A stretch of 64,000 nucleotides of DNA from an uncultured Alphaproteobacteria bacterium (lineage in GTDB: Bacteria > Pseudomonadota > Alphaproteobacteria > Rhizobiales > Xanthobacteraceae). Location of the stretch: contig CAWBQP010000002.1 of NCBI GenBank assembly GCA_963790735.1, positions 9,184 to 73,183 on the forward strand, given 5' to 3'. The translations under genes were made by a program, and so were the position numbers. Shown here in pieces: positions 17,488-27,600 of this stretch. How positions within the stretch are numbered: the stretch's first letter is position 1; each line of letters opens with the position of its first letter. The notes below the pieces were generated by a model. The model was not told where the DNA came from. It was given only the letters and a program-made list of their open reading frames with translations, and did not search any database.

Positions 17488-18765
17488 TTATGAAAAGAAC
17501 GCGATCTTCTCGGCCTGGCTCATGCGCCGGATCGGCGCCAGCGGGTCGTTGGCCGCCATGACCGGCTTTCGCAGCATGCCGCTCGCGATGAGGCTCGAGC
17601 CGAGCGACATTTCCACCGCCGGCACGGGCGCCGGTGCGGCGGCGGGCGGCAGGGGTTGAACCACCTGTTGGACCGGCGGCGGCGGCGCCGGCGCGGCAAC
17701 CGGTTCGGGCGCTTTTACCACGATCGCGGGGACGATCGGCGCAGGTTCCGCTGGAGGGGCTTGTTCGGCTATCGCTTCGGCGATCTCGTCGTCGCTGATC
17801 GGATCCGGCGCGCCCATCTCCATCGCGATCATGTCGAGGACCGCCTCGTCCTGGGCGTCGGCGTCTTGGGGGGCGGCGTTCTGGTCTGCAGCTTCCTGGA
17901 CCGCGATTTCCTGCACCGCTGCTTCCTCGGCAGCGGCGACCTCGGCGGCCAGGGGCGTTTCCGTTTGCGTTAGCGCGGCTTCCGCCGCCGCAAGTGCGGT
18001 CTCGGCGGGCATGGCCAGCGAAGCGGAGGGTGCCTCGGCAGCTTCCTGTGCCAAAATCGCTTCGGCCGTCTCCGCTGTTGGAGTCCATTCCGGCGCGGCC
18101 GGGAAGGGCGCAGCCGCTTCGGTCTCGGCAACCGGCGCTAATGAGCGATCGTCGCCGACTTCCACAAGTCGGCCCTGGAGAGCGGCAAAGGCCGCACGCA
18201 AGCCCGCTCTCGCCTCTTCGGAGGAGAACTGATCGGTGCCCTTTTCGATGACAGTGACCTGCGAATCGATCAGGTCGCAGATCCGCCCGTCATTGCCGAT
18301 TTCCCGCAACCGCCAGGCGATTTCCCGCAGCACCCGCGCACCCTTGCGGACCGGCGCCAGCCGCTGGTCCAGCGCGAGGCTGTCGAGCGCTTCCACCGCC
18401 GATTCCTCGGCCGCCTCGACCGAGTTGCGGATGGCGGCGAGCGCCTCGGTCAGGCGATCCTGCGCCGCGGCCGCCGCGGCGACGGCCTCCGCGGCCTGCT
18501 GCGCCGAAAGGCCTTCCTCCCGCTGGAGGCTTGCCTCCCGCTCCAGGGTCTCTTCCCGCTGGTCGGTGAGGCTTTGCTCGATCCGCGCCACCGCGTCCAG
18601 CACCATGCGGGTGTCGGCATTGCGGTTGCGCTTGGCGTATTCGGTCAGGAACCAGCGGCCCCGCGAAGTCTCCATGAAGGCTTCGGCGATCGCCGCATAG
18701 TCTTCCTCGCCCGGCAGCGTGGCGCGTGCAGAGATCGGTGAAAGGGCGAATGCTTCGTCGGCCAT
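17488..18765 (-). CDS. Alphaproteobacterial CheZ-like protein with a long Ala/Glu/Pro-rich linker
   Basis: N-terminal DYAAIAEAFMETSRGRWFLTEYAKRNRNADT and C-terminal DPLAPIRRMSQAEKIAFFS. Confidence 0.65.
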   Translation of the reverse strand: MADEAFALSPISARATLPGEEDYAAIAEAFMETSRGRWFLTEYAKRNRNADTRMVLDAVARIEQSLTDQREETLEREASLQREEGLSAQQAAEAVAAAAAAQDRLTEALAAIRNSVEAAEESAVEALDSLALDQRLAPVRKGARVLREIAWRLREIGNDGRICDLIDSQVTVIEKGTDQFSSEEARAGLRAAFAALQGRLVEVGDDRSLAPVAETEAAAPFPAAPEWTPTAETAEAILAQEAAEAPSASLAMPAETALAAAEAALTQTETPLAAEVAAAEEAAVQEIAVQEAADQNAAPQDADAQDEAVLDMIAMEMGAPDPISDDEIAEAIAEQAPPAEPAPIVPAIVVKAPEPVAAPAPPPPVQQVVQPLPPAAAPAPVPAVEMSLGSSLIASGMLRKPVMAANDPLAPIRRMSQAEKIAFFS

Positions 18766-18841
18766 GTCAAACTCTTCGCGCAAATCAGCGCGCATTGCGA
18801 TAACGAAACAACACGATATTGCCCGAATCGCAATTGAATTG

Positions 18842-20041
18842 ATGCACAGCGAATCACAAATCCCCATCCCTTCTCAAGCCGCGTCGAAGCAATTCGCGAC
18901 GCGGGTGGCGCTGTTCTACGGCACGCTGTTCGGCATGACCGGCACCCACCTGCCGTTTTTCACGGTATGGTTGAAGGCGGTCGGGATCGATGCGTTTTGG
19001 ATAGGGCTGATCACGGCCGTCCCCCCGGTGACCAGGTTTACGGTGCTGCCGCTGGTGACGGGCTTTGCGGAACGGCGCCAGGCCTTGCGCGGCGGCATCA
19101 TCGTGACCGCCTTTGCCACCGCCTTGGGCTTTTTCATCCTCGGCACCCAGCATTTGCCGGTGCTGGTGTTCCTGATCTACGCCCTGACCTGCTGCCTGTG
19201 GACGCCCATGGTGCCGCTGACGGACGCCTATGCGTTGCGGGGCGTGAAGCGCTATGGCCTCAACTACGGACCGTTGCGGCTGTGGGGCTCGGCCGCCTTC
19301 GTCCTCGGCGCGCTGGTCTGCGGGGTGCTGTTCGACCTCATCGCCGCCCGAAACCTGATCTGGATCATCGCCGGCTCAGCCGCGATCGGGGCGCTGGCCA
19401 GCCTCGCGCTGCAGCCGCTGGACGACACCAGGACGGCCCGCCCGGGCACCGGCAGCGCGCGCGCGTTGCTGCGCGACGGCCGCTTTATCGCTGTTATCGT
19501 GGCCTCGGCGCTGATCCAGGGCAGCCATGCCGCCTATTACATTTTCGCGTCGATTGCCTGGCAACAAGCGGGATACGACGGACTGACGATTGCAGCCCTG
19601 TGGGTCCTGGGCGTGATTGCCGAGATCGTGCTGTTCGCGCTGTCGCCGCGATTCACCCTGCAGCCGTCGATGCTGGTGATGATCGCGGCACTGAGCGCGG
19701 CCGCGCGCTGGGCGATAACGGCGCAGGATCCGCCGCTGGCGGTTCTCGCGATCGTCCAGCTCGCGCATGCGCTGAGCTTCGGGCTGACGCAGGTGGGCAT
19801 CATGGGATTGATGCTGCACCACGTGCCCGGCCACGTGATGGCGCGCGCGCAAGGTTATCTGACCGCCTGCGGCGGCATCGTCGCCGGCCTCGCGTCGATC
19901 GCATCGGGCACGATCTACGAGACCTGGGGGCAGGGCATCTATTACGTGATGGCTGCCATGGCCGCCCTGGGCGGGCTGGTGATCTGGCTGGCGCGGGACC
20001 GGCTCTCGCATCAGCCCCAGAAGGCCGCTTCCGGCGGATAG
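18842..20041 (+). CDS. MFS transporter (HcaT/PPP-like)
   Basis: LPFFTVWL, YGPLRLWGSAAF, QGSHAAYY, GVIAEIVLF, HALSFG. Confidence 0.85.
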   Translation: MHSESQIPIPSQAASKQFATRVALFYGTLFGMTGTHLPFFTVWLKAVGIDAFWIGLITAVPPVTRFTVLPLVTGFAERRQALRGGIIVTAFATALGFFILGTQHLPVLVFLIYALTCCLWTPMVPLTDAYALRGVKRYGLNYGPLRLWGSAAFVLGALVCGVLFDLIAARNLIWIIAGSAAIGALASLALQPLDDTRTARPGTGSARALLRDGRFIAVIVASALIQGSHAAYYIFASIAWQQAGYDGLTIAALWVLGVIAEIVLFALSPRFTLQPSMLVMIAALSAAARWAITAQDPPLAVLAIVQLAHALSFGLTQVGIMGLMLHHVPGHVMARAQGYLTACGGIVAGLASIASGTIYETWGQGIYYVMAAMAALGGLVIWLARDRLSHQPQKAASGG

Positions 20042-21006
20042 ACCAGACTGCCGTCGTAGCGCAGCCCGCCGTCGCGGTCGCGCGCCAGCAGCAGGGGACC
20101 GTCGAGATCGACGAATCTGGCCTGTTGCGCCAGCAGCATGGCCGGCGCCATCGCCAGCGAGGTCGCGACCATGCAGCCGATCATGACTTCAAAGCCGAGC
20201 GCTTGCGCGGCATCGGCCATGGCCAGCGCCTCCGTCAGCCCGCCGGTCTTGTCGAGCTTGATGTTGACGGCGTCGTAGCGCGCGCGAAGGCCTTCGAGCG
20301 AGCTGCGGTCATGCACGCTTTCGTCGGCGCAGACCGCGATCGGGCGCTTGATGCGGGCCAGCGCCTCATCCCGTCCGGCCGGCAGCGGCTGCTCGACCAG
20401 CGTTACGCCGGCATTGGCGCAGGCGGCCAGGTTGTGTTCGAGATTGTCCGGCGTCCAGGCTTCGTTGGCGTCCACGATCAGTTCGCATTCCGGGGCCGCC
20501 TTGCGTACCGCGGCAATCCGCTCGTCATCGCCGTCCCCGCCGAGCTTGATCTTCAGCAGCGGCCGGCGCGCGGCCTTCGCGGTGGCTGACGCCATGACTT
20601 CCGGCGTGCCGAGCGAGATCGTGAACGCGGTGGTGCAGGGGCGTGGCGCCGGCCGGCCGAGCAGGGTCCAGACCCGTTGACCAGAGCTCTTGGCCTCGAG
20701 GTCCAATAGCGCGCAGTCCAGCGCGTTGCGGGCGGCGCCTGCGGGCATCGCCGCCTGCAGGGCCGTTCGGTCCAGTCCCCTCGCAAGCGGTTCCTGCATC
20801 GCGTTAAGGGCTTCAAGTGTTGCTTCCGGGGTCTCGCCATAACGGGGGTAGGGCACGCATTCGCCGCGGCCGGTCTGGCCGTCATGGCTGACGGTGGCGA
20901 CAACCGTGATGGCCTCGGTCTTGGCGCCTCGGCTGATGGTGAAAGCGCCTGCAATCGGCCAGCGTTCGATGCTGACGGCAAGCTTTCGAGATAGGCTGGA
21001 AGTCAT
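20011..21006 (-). CDS. dgcA: Enolase-superfamily dipeptide epimerase / N-acetyl-D-Glu racemase
   Basis: FTISRGAK, GRGECVPY, KIKLG, VDANE, EQP, ADES, NIKLDK, GCM, DLDG. Confidence 0.8.
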   Translation of the reverse strand: MTSSLSRKLAVSIERWPIAGAFTISRGAKTEAITVVATVSHDGQTGRGECVPYPRYGETPEATLEALNAMQEPLARGLDRTALQAAMPAGAARNALDCALLDLEAKSSGQRVWTLLGRPAPRPCTTAFTISLGTPEVMASATAKAARRPLLKIKLGGDGDDERIAAVRKAAPECELIVDANEAWTPDNLEHNLAACANAGVTLVEQPLPAGRDEALARIKRPIAVCADESVHDRSSLEGLRARYDAVNIKLDKTGGLTEALAMADAAQALGFEVMIGCMVATSLAMAPAMLLAQQARFVDLDGPLLLARDRDGGLRYDGSLVYPPEAAFWG

Positions 21007-21134
21007 TTTAAAATCTGCAATTTTCTGAACCGCAAGCTTGCTCGCTGCAACCAACTATGGCTGGTTAGGGACAGATTCTACAAGGCAGGCGGCGTGCGGA
21101 ACCTGACGTTTTTCGGGGGCATGTCGGCCAAGGG

Positions 21135-22277
21135 ATGGGCATCGTGAGCGGCGACCCGACATTGGAGCGGATAGCCAGCGGCAACGGGCTGGCGCTGTGC
21201 GCGACCGGCGCGTGGACGGCCCGCTTTGCGCCGGTGCTGGAACGAATGGTGGCCGACGCCGAGAAGCTCGGCGGCACCCGGCCCAACATCTTCATCGACG
21301 TCTCCCAGGTGTCGAAGCTCGACACGTTCGGCGCCTGGCTGATCGAGCGGCTGCGGCGAAGCCTGACCCAGGGCGGTGTCGAGACCCAAATCGCCGGGCT
21401 CTCGGCCAATTATTCGAGCCTGGTCGACGAGGTGCGCCGGGTGAAGGCCGAGCCGGTCGTCGAAACCGACAGGGTGACGATCACGGGCATGCTGGAACAG
21501 ATCGGCCGCAGCGTGGCCGGCGTCGGCGGCACGTTGGTCGGATTGATCGAGATGCTGGGCGCGGTGCTCGCCGCCGCCGGCCACGTCCTCATCCGCCCCC
21601 GCGGCTTCCGCCTGACCTCGACCATCCATCATCTGGAGCAGGTGTGCTGGCGCGCGGTGCCGATCGTGGTGCTGATCACGTTTCTGATCGGCTGCATCAT
21701 CTCGCAGCAGGGCATTTTCCATTTCCGCAAGTTCGGCGCCGATATCTTCGTGGTCGACATGCTGGGCGTGCTGGTGCTGCGCGAGATCGGCGTGCTGCTG
21801 GTGGCGATCATGGTGGCGGGCCGCTCGGGCTCGGCCTACACCGCCGAACTCGGCTCGATGAAGATGCGCGAGGAGATCGACGCGCTGCGCACCATGGGCT
21901 TCGACCCGATCGAGGTTCTGATCCTGCCGCGGATGCTGGCGCTGGTGCTGGCGCTGCCGATCCTGGCGTTCCTGGGCGCGATGGCCGCGCTTTACGGCGG
22001 CGGGCTGGTGGCGTGGCTCTATGGCGGCGTCGATCCCGAAGCCTTCCTGCTGCGGCTGCGCGACGCCATCTCGATCGACCATTTCATCGTCGGCATCATC
22101 AAGGCGCCGGTGATGGCAGCCGTCATCGGCATCGTCGCCTGCGTCGAGGGGCTGGCCGTGCAGGGCAGCGCCGAGTCGCTCGGCCAGCACACGACATCCT
22201 CGGTCGTGAAGGGGATCTTCTTCGTGATCGTGATGGACGGCGTGTTCGCCATCTTCTTCGCATCGATCGGAATGTGA
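21135..22277 (+). CDS. mlaE: MlaE-family ABC permease with N-terminal STAS domain
   Basis: LDTFGAW (STAS), REIGVLL, GRSGSAYTAELGSMKMREEIDAL. Confidence 0.9.
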   Translation: MGIVSGDPTLERIASGNGLALCATGAWTARFAPVLERMVADAEKLGGTRPNIFIDVSQVSKLDTFGAWLIERLRRSLTQGGVETQIAGLSANYSSLVDEVRRVKAEPVVETDRVTITGMLEQIGRSVAGVGGTLVGLIEMLGAVLAAAGHVLIRPRGFRLTSTIHHLEQVCWRAVPIVVLITFLIGCIISQQGIFHFRKFGADIFVVDMLGVLVLREIGVLLVAIMVAGRSGSAYTAELGSMKMREEIDALRTMGFDPIEVLILPRMLALVLALPILAFLGAMAALYGGGLVAWLYGGVDPEAFLLRLRDAISIDHFIVGIIKAPVMAAVIGIVACVEGLAVQGSAESLGQHTTSSVVKGIFFVIVMDGVFAIFFASIGM

Positions 22278-22279
22278 CC

Positions 22280-23050
22280 ATGGCGGGCGAAATTTCCGAC
22301 GCCATCATCCGGGTTCGCGACATCACCGTGCAGTTCGGCAAGACGCGGGTGCTCGACGGGCTCAACCTCGACGTCAAGCGCGGCGAGATTCTCGGGTTTG
22401 TCGGGCCGTCGGGCGCCGGAAAATCGGTGCTGACGCGCACCATCATCGGCCTCGTGCCGAAGGTCAGCGGGAGCATCGAGGTGTTCGGCGTCGATCTCGA
22501 CGCGGCGAGTGCCGCGGAGCGCCGCGGCGTCGAGCGCCGCTGGGGCATCCTGTTTCAGCAGGGCGCGCTGTTTTCCTCGCTCACCGTGCGGCAGAACATC
22601 CAGTTTCCGGTGCGCGAATATCTCAAGGTCTCGCAGCGGCTGCTCGACGAGATCATGGTGGCCAAGCTCGGCATGGTCGGCCTGAAGCCCGAGGTCGCCG
22701 ACCGTTTTCCGTCCGAACTCTCCGGCGGCATGATCAAGCGCGTGGCGCTGGCGCGCGCGCTCGCGCTCGATCCCGAACTGGTGTTCCTGGACGAGCCGAC
22801 CTCAGGGCTCGATCCGATCGGCGCCGGCGACTTCGACGAGCTGGTGCGCACCCTGCAGCGCACTTTGGGCCTGACCGTTTTCATGGTAACCCACGATCTC
22901 GACAGCCTTTATACCGCCTGCGACCGCATCGCCGTTTTGGGGAACGGTAAGATCATTGCCGCAGGATCGATTGCCGACATGCAGGCCTCGCAGCATCCCT
23001 GGCTGAGGCAATATTTCCACGGCAAGCGCGCCCGCGCGGTCATGGGCTAG
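22280..23050 (+). CDS. mlaF: MlaF-family ABC ATPase
   Basis: GPSGAGKS, FQQGALF, LSGGM, FLDEPTSGLDP, VTHD. Confidence 0.9.
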   Translation: MAGEISDAIIRVRDITVQFGKTRVLDGLNLDVKRGEILGFVGPSGAGKSVLTRTIIGLVPKVSGSIEVFGVDLDAASAAERRGVERRWGILFQQGALFSSLTVRQNIQFPVREYLKVSQRLLDEIMVAKLGMVGLKPEVADRFPSELSGGMIKRVALARALALDPELVFLDEPTSGLDPIGAGDFDELVRTLQRTLGLTVFMVTHDLDSLYTACDRIAVLGNGKIIAAGSIADMQASQHPWLRQYFHGKRARAVMG

Positions 23051-23110
23051 AAGCATGATCACGAAGCGGGCACCAGTTTTTGATGAGATCATGCTCAAAC
23101 AAGCGATAAA
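23047..23110. repeat. RIME-like CTAG-ended repeat
   Basis: CTAG-A-AGCATGATC...GATCATGCT-CAAACAA inverted arms. The CTAG includes the mlaF stop. Confidence 0.65.
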
Positions 23111-23164
23111 TGACGGGTCTGATCGGCGAAGCTGACAGACCCAGGTTTCGGAGTACCTTGAGTT

Positions 23165-24067
23165 ATGGAAACGCGGGCGAATTACGTCCTGATCGGAGCC
23201 TTTACGCTGGCGGTGATCGCCGCCGCATTCGGCTTCGTGCTGTGGTTTCAGAGCCTTCACACCACCAAGCAGCGCAGCCCGATCCGCATCGTGTTCGAAG
23301 GCCCGGCATCCGGCCTGCGCAATGGCGGCAGTGTCAACTTTAACGGTATCCGGATAGGGGAGGTTGTCTCGGTCAAGCTCGACAACCCGCGGCGCGTGGT
23401 CGCACTGGCGATGGTCGAGAACAACGCCCCGATCCGCAAGGACACGCTGGTCGGCCTCGAATTCCAGGGATTGACCGGTGTCGCGGCGATTTCGCTGAAG
23501 GGCGGCGAGGAAAACGCGTCTGCCGTGCCGCTCGACGAGGATGGCGTCCCGATGCTGACCGCCGACCCGAGCGCGCTGCAGGACGTGACCGAGTCGATCC
23601 GCGCCACGCTGCAGAACGTCAACCGGATCGTCGCCGACAACCAGGAGTCGGTAAAGAACTCGCTGCGGAATCTGGAAACCTTCACGGGCGCGCTCGCGCG
23701 CAATTCCGAGAAGATCGACAACGTGATGCTCAGGGTCGATGGCGTGATGGGCAAGGCCGACAGTCTCATGCTCGGGCTGAACACGATCGCGGGCGGCGCC
23801 GCCGGCGGCGAATTGAATTTGATGGTGAAGTCGATCCGCGAACTGGCCGAGGATTTCGACAAGCGGTCGGGCGCGCTGATGGCCGATGGCCGCCGCACGC
23901 TCGGCGACATCAGCCGCGCCGTGAACAATTTCGACCGCAACCCAAGCCGCGTGATATTCGGTGGAAGCAACAACCCCGCGCCGGCGGAGGCAACCGCTGC
24001 AACCCCTAGGCCGGCGCCAACCGCAGCAGCTCCGCCGAGAGCGCCGAGCGGGCAGAAGCGGCAGTAA
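23165..24067 (+). CDS. mlaD: MlaD/MCE family protein
   Basis: METRANYVLIGAF, SGLRNGGSVNFNGIRIGEV, GLTGVAAISL, coiled C-terminus. Confidence 0.9.
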   Translation: METRANYVLIGAFTLAVIAAAFGFVLWFQSLHTTKQRSPIRIVFEGPASGLRNGGSVNFNGIRIGEVVSVKLDNPRRVVALAMVENNAPIRKDTLVGLEFQGLTGVAAISLKGGEENASAVPLDEDGVPMLTADPSALQDVTESIRATLQNVNRIVADNQESVKNSLRNLETFTGALARNSEKIDNVMLRVDGVMGKADSLMLGLNTIAGGAAGGELNLMVKSIRELAEDFDKRSGALMADGRRTLGDISRAVNNFDRNPSRVIFGGSNNPAPAEATAATPRPAPTAAAPPRAPSGQKRQ

Positions 24068-24129
24068 GTCGCGAATGGCGAATGGATCGCCTCGCCCTGT
24101 CATCGTCCACGAAGCTGCGCTTTCGCCGC

Positions 24130-24262
24130 GTCATTGCGAGGCGACTTGTCCGCCGTAGCTCAAAGAGCGAAGGCGGAAGCAATCCATAGCTTCCGCGTGG
24201 ACGGTATGGATTGCTTCGTCGCTTCGCACAAACGCTTCGCGTTTGTCGCAGGCAATGACGGC
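24130..24262. repeat. REP-like element (GTCATTGCGAG...GCAATGAC)
   Basis: Terminal GTCATTGC/GCAATGAC and internal GAAGCAATCCAT/ATGGATTGCTTC inverted pairs. Confidence 0.75.
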
Positions 24263-24299
24263 ATCGACAAGGGGCTGTTCGACCTCACCTTGCAACGTC

Positions 24300-24593
24300 T
24301 TATTTGAAGCGGATTTTTTTCATCTGTGCGTTCGAGAAGTACTCAACCTTTGTTTCCGGTAGCTGAAGTTGGGCCTGCCGCGCGATTTCGATGCCTTCCT
24401 GATCTAATCGTTGGTTTTCGGCCTCATCATTGAACTGATGATAGTGGGCAGTTTCGTAGTCGATCACCCACCTTTCGATCCTTTGGACGAGTTCAGGAGA
24501 AAATCCGGCTTCCTTGGGATCGAGATATTTCCCAGTGAGGGAATCCCGGATCCCTGTTCCTGAGAGCATTCCATCAATTGTCACATAGCGCAT
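24300..24593 (-). CDS. Hypothetical 97-aa protein, visibly lower GC than neighbours
   Basis: MRYVTIDGMLSGTGIRDS...KKIRFK. GGGG RBS-like sequence upstream; frequent A/T-ending codons. Confidence 0.65.
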   Translation of the reverse strand: MRYVTIDGMLSGTGIRDSLTGKYLDPKEAGFSPELVQRIERWVIDYETAHYHQFNDEAENQRLDQEGIEIARQAQLQLPETKVEYFSNAQMKKIRFK

Positions 24594-24615
24594 TCTGGCC
24601 CCAAGGATTGAACGC

Positions 24616-24644
24616 AAAAACGGAGGCCGTGAGGCCTCCGTTTT
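24616..24644. terminator. Rho-independent terminator of the GPR-like gene
   Basis: AAAAACGGAGGCC-GTGA-GGCCTCCGTTTT. Confidence 0.8.
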
Positions 24645-24676
24645 CCATTCGCTATTCGTCACTCGCTATTCGCGGT

Positions 24677-27600
24677 TCATCCCAGCCGCCCCGCCGCGTG
24701 CGCGAGCAGGGTGTAGACCAGCCCCGTTTCCGAGGTGAGGTGGCCGCGCAGCGCCTGCGGCCCGCGATCCTCGCGCGCGACTTCGTCGAGCAGCCGTTCG
24801 AACTCGGCGATATAGCGGTCGACCGTCTGCTTGAAGCTGCGGTCGGCGCGGTATTTGCGGGCGACTTCGTCGAACGCTTTCTGGCCGGCCGGCGTGTAGA
24901 GCCGCTTGGAGAACGCCTTGCTCTCGCCGCGCTGGTAGCGGTCCCACATTTCGGAGGCGAGGTTGCGATCCATCAGCCGGCCGATGTCGAGCGACAGCAA
25001 CTCCAGCGGATTGGCAGGTGTCTGCGGCGCGCGGCCACGGGGAGCTTCGCGTCCGCCACCGCCGCCATTATCGGTGCGGTGGAGCAGGTCGGACAGCCAT
25101 CCATCGCCGCGTCCGGCGTCCTGGCTTGCCGGCGAGACCGGCGGGGCTTCGGCGCGGCGCGTCGCCGGCATGCCGAGGTCGGGCGGCGGCAGCGTCGATG
25201 CGCTGCCGGCGTCGCGCAGGCGTACCTCGTTGCGGCCGCCGGAGGCGGCTGCCATCACGGGCTCTTCCTGGCGCTGCACGCTGGCGCGACCGGCGGTCAC
25301 GACGTCGAGGCCACGGCCGTGATGGGCGACGATCCGGTTGAGTTCGGCGAGCGCCTCGATCTGGTCGACGATCACCTTGCGCATCTGCGCGGTGTTGTCG
25401 GCGGCCTCCTGCGGCATCTCGAGCACGCCGCGGCGCAGCTCGTTGCGGGTCGCCTCGAGCTCGTTGTGCATTTCGGCGGCCATCTGCTTCATGGCCTGCA
25501 CCATCGCACCGAACTTCTCGGTCGACTGCTTGAACATCTCATCCGTCTCATGGGTGCTCTGCTGGTACAGGTCGCTCATCGCATGGAGGGTCTGCTGCCG
25601 CTCGTTTTCGGCCGCAGTGCGCACCGCTTCGAACTGGCGGCTGATCGCAGCCGATCCGGCGCCGGCGGTTTCCGCGACCACCCGCGCGATATCGCGGGCG
25701 CGCTCTTCGGCCGCGGCGAGCGATTCGTCGAGCAGGCCGGTGAAGCGCGACAGGCGCTGGTCGAGGTCGGTGGTGCGCAGGTCGATGGTGGTCACCAGCG
25801 ATTCGAGCTGCGACTTGCGGTCGGCGACCGAGGTCGTGGTGGAACGGTTGGCCTGTTCGACCACGCCGGCTGCCTCGATCAGCTCCTTGCCGTGCTTCTC
25901 GAACTCGCCCGACAATGCGCCGAGATCCTCCAGCGCCTTCGTGGTCTTGCTGTTGAAGACGGTGAGCTGGTCTTCCAGGGTCTGCGTGGCGACCCCGTTG
26001 CGGGCGGTGACGTCGTTCATGGCGGACACGAAGTCGGCCACGCGGGTCACCAGCGCGCGCTCCAGCGAGTTGAGATTGTCGTGGGCGCCGGTGAGCACTT
26101 CCTGCAGCAGGATGTTGCCTTCACGCAGCCGTTCGAACAGCGCCACCGTATCGGTGCGCAGGATCTTGCTGGTCTCCTGCATTTCGGTGACGGCGGCGAT
26201 CGAGACCTGACGCGACTGGTCGATGGCCGAACGCGACGCCTGTTCGAGGTCCTTCAGCGACTTGGCCACCGCGCCGGTGGCCAAGTCGCCCGCGGACGTG
26301 ATCGTGCGCGCGACTTCCGAGCCGTGGGTCGACATCGATTGCGAGAAGGCCTGACCGCGGCTCTCGATCGATTTCAGGGCGTCGGCGGTGACGCGGTCGA
26401 TGTCGGTCGTCAGCTGCGTGGTCCGGGTGCTGAGCGCCTCGACCAGCGAACCGCGGCGGCTGTCGACGATCTGCGCCAGGCGGTCGGTCTGCTGCTGAAC
26501 GTAGGTGACGATTTCGTCGGTCTTGCCGGTCATCGTCGAGCCGAAATTGCTGCTCGCGGCGAGCACCGAACGCTCGATATCGGCCGAGGTCGATTTGACC
26601 TTGGTACTGACCTCGTTGGTGGCGGCGATCAGGGCGCTCTGCGCGTTCTGCGCGGTGGTCTGGATGGTGTCGGTCGTGCTGGCGGTGACGACGCCGAGCG
26701 AACGCTCCATGTCGGCGGCGATTGTCTTGATCTGGTTCGCGGCGTCGGCGGAGGTCGCGGAAAACGAATTCTGGGCTTCGCGCGCGGTGCCGAGGATGGA
26801 GGCGGCGGTGTCGGCGCCGACCGCGGTCAGCGTGCGTTCGACATCGACCGCCAGCGACTTGACGTGGTTGGCGGCTTCGGTCGACGCCGTGATCAGCGTG
26901 TTCTGCGCTTCGCGCGCGCCCGTCGTGATCGACTCGGCGGTGGCATTGCCGGCCATCGAGAGCGAACGCTGCACGTCGGCGGCGAGCGACTTGATCTGGC
27001 TCGATGCGTCGGCGGACGTGTTCATGAGGGTGCTCTGGGCCTCGCGGGCACCCGCCGTGATCGCCTCGGCGGTCGCCGTTCCGGCGATCGAGAGCGAACG
27101 CTGAACGTCGGCTGCGAGCGACTTGACCTGAGTGGCGGCCTCGGTAGAGGCGGCGACCAGCGTGCTCTGTGCTTCGCGGGCGCCTGCGGTGACGGCCTCG
27201 GCGGTTGCAGTTCCTGCGATCGACAGCGAACGCTCGACATCGGCGGCAAGCGACTTGACGTGGTTTGCCGCGTCCGCGGATGCGGTCACCAGCGTGTTCT
27301 GTGCTTCGCGGGCGCCTGCGGTGACGGCCTCGGCAGTTGCAGTTCCTGCGATCGACAGCGAACGCTCGACGTCGGCGGCAAGCGACTTGACGTGGTTGGC
27401 GGCGTCCGCGGATGCGGTCACCAGCGTGGTCTGCGCCTCGCGCGCGCCGGCGAGAACCGACGCGGCCGTGGCGTCGCCTGAGGCCGAGAGCGTGCGCTCG
27501 ACGTCTGCTGCGAGCGACTTGATCTGCGTGGCGGCTTCGGAAGAGGCCGACACCAGCGTCGTCTGGGCGTCGCGGGCGCTGGTCACGATCGAGTTTGCCG

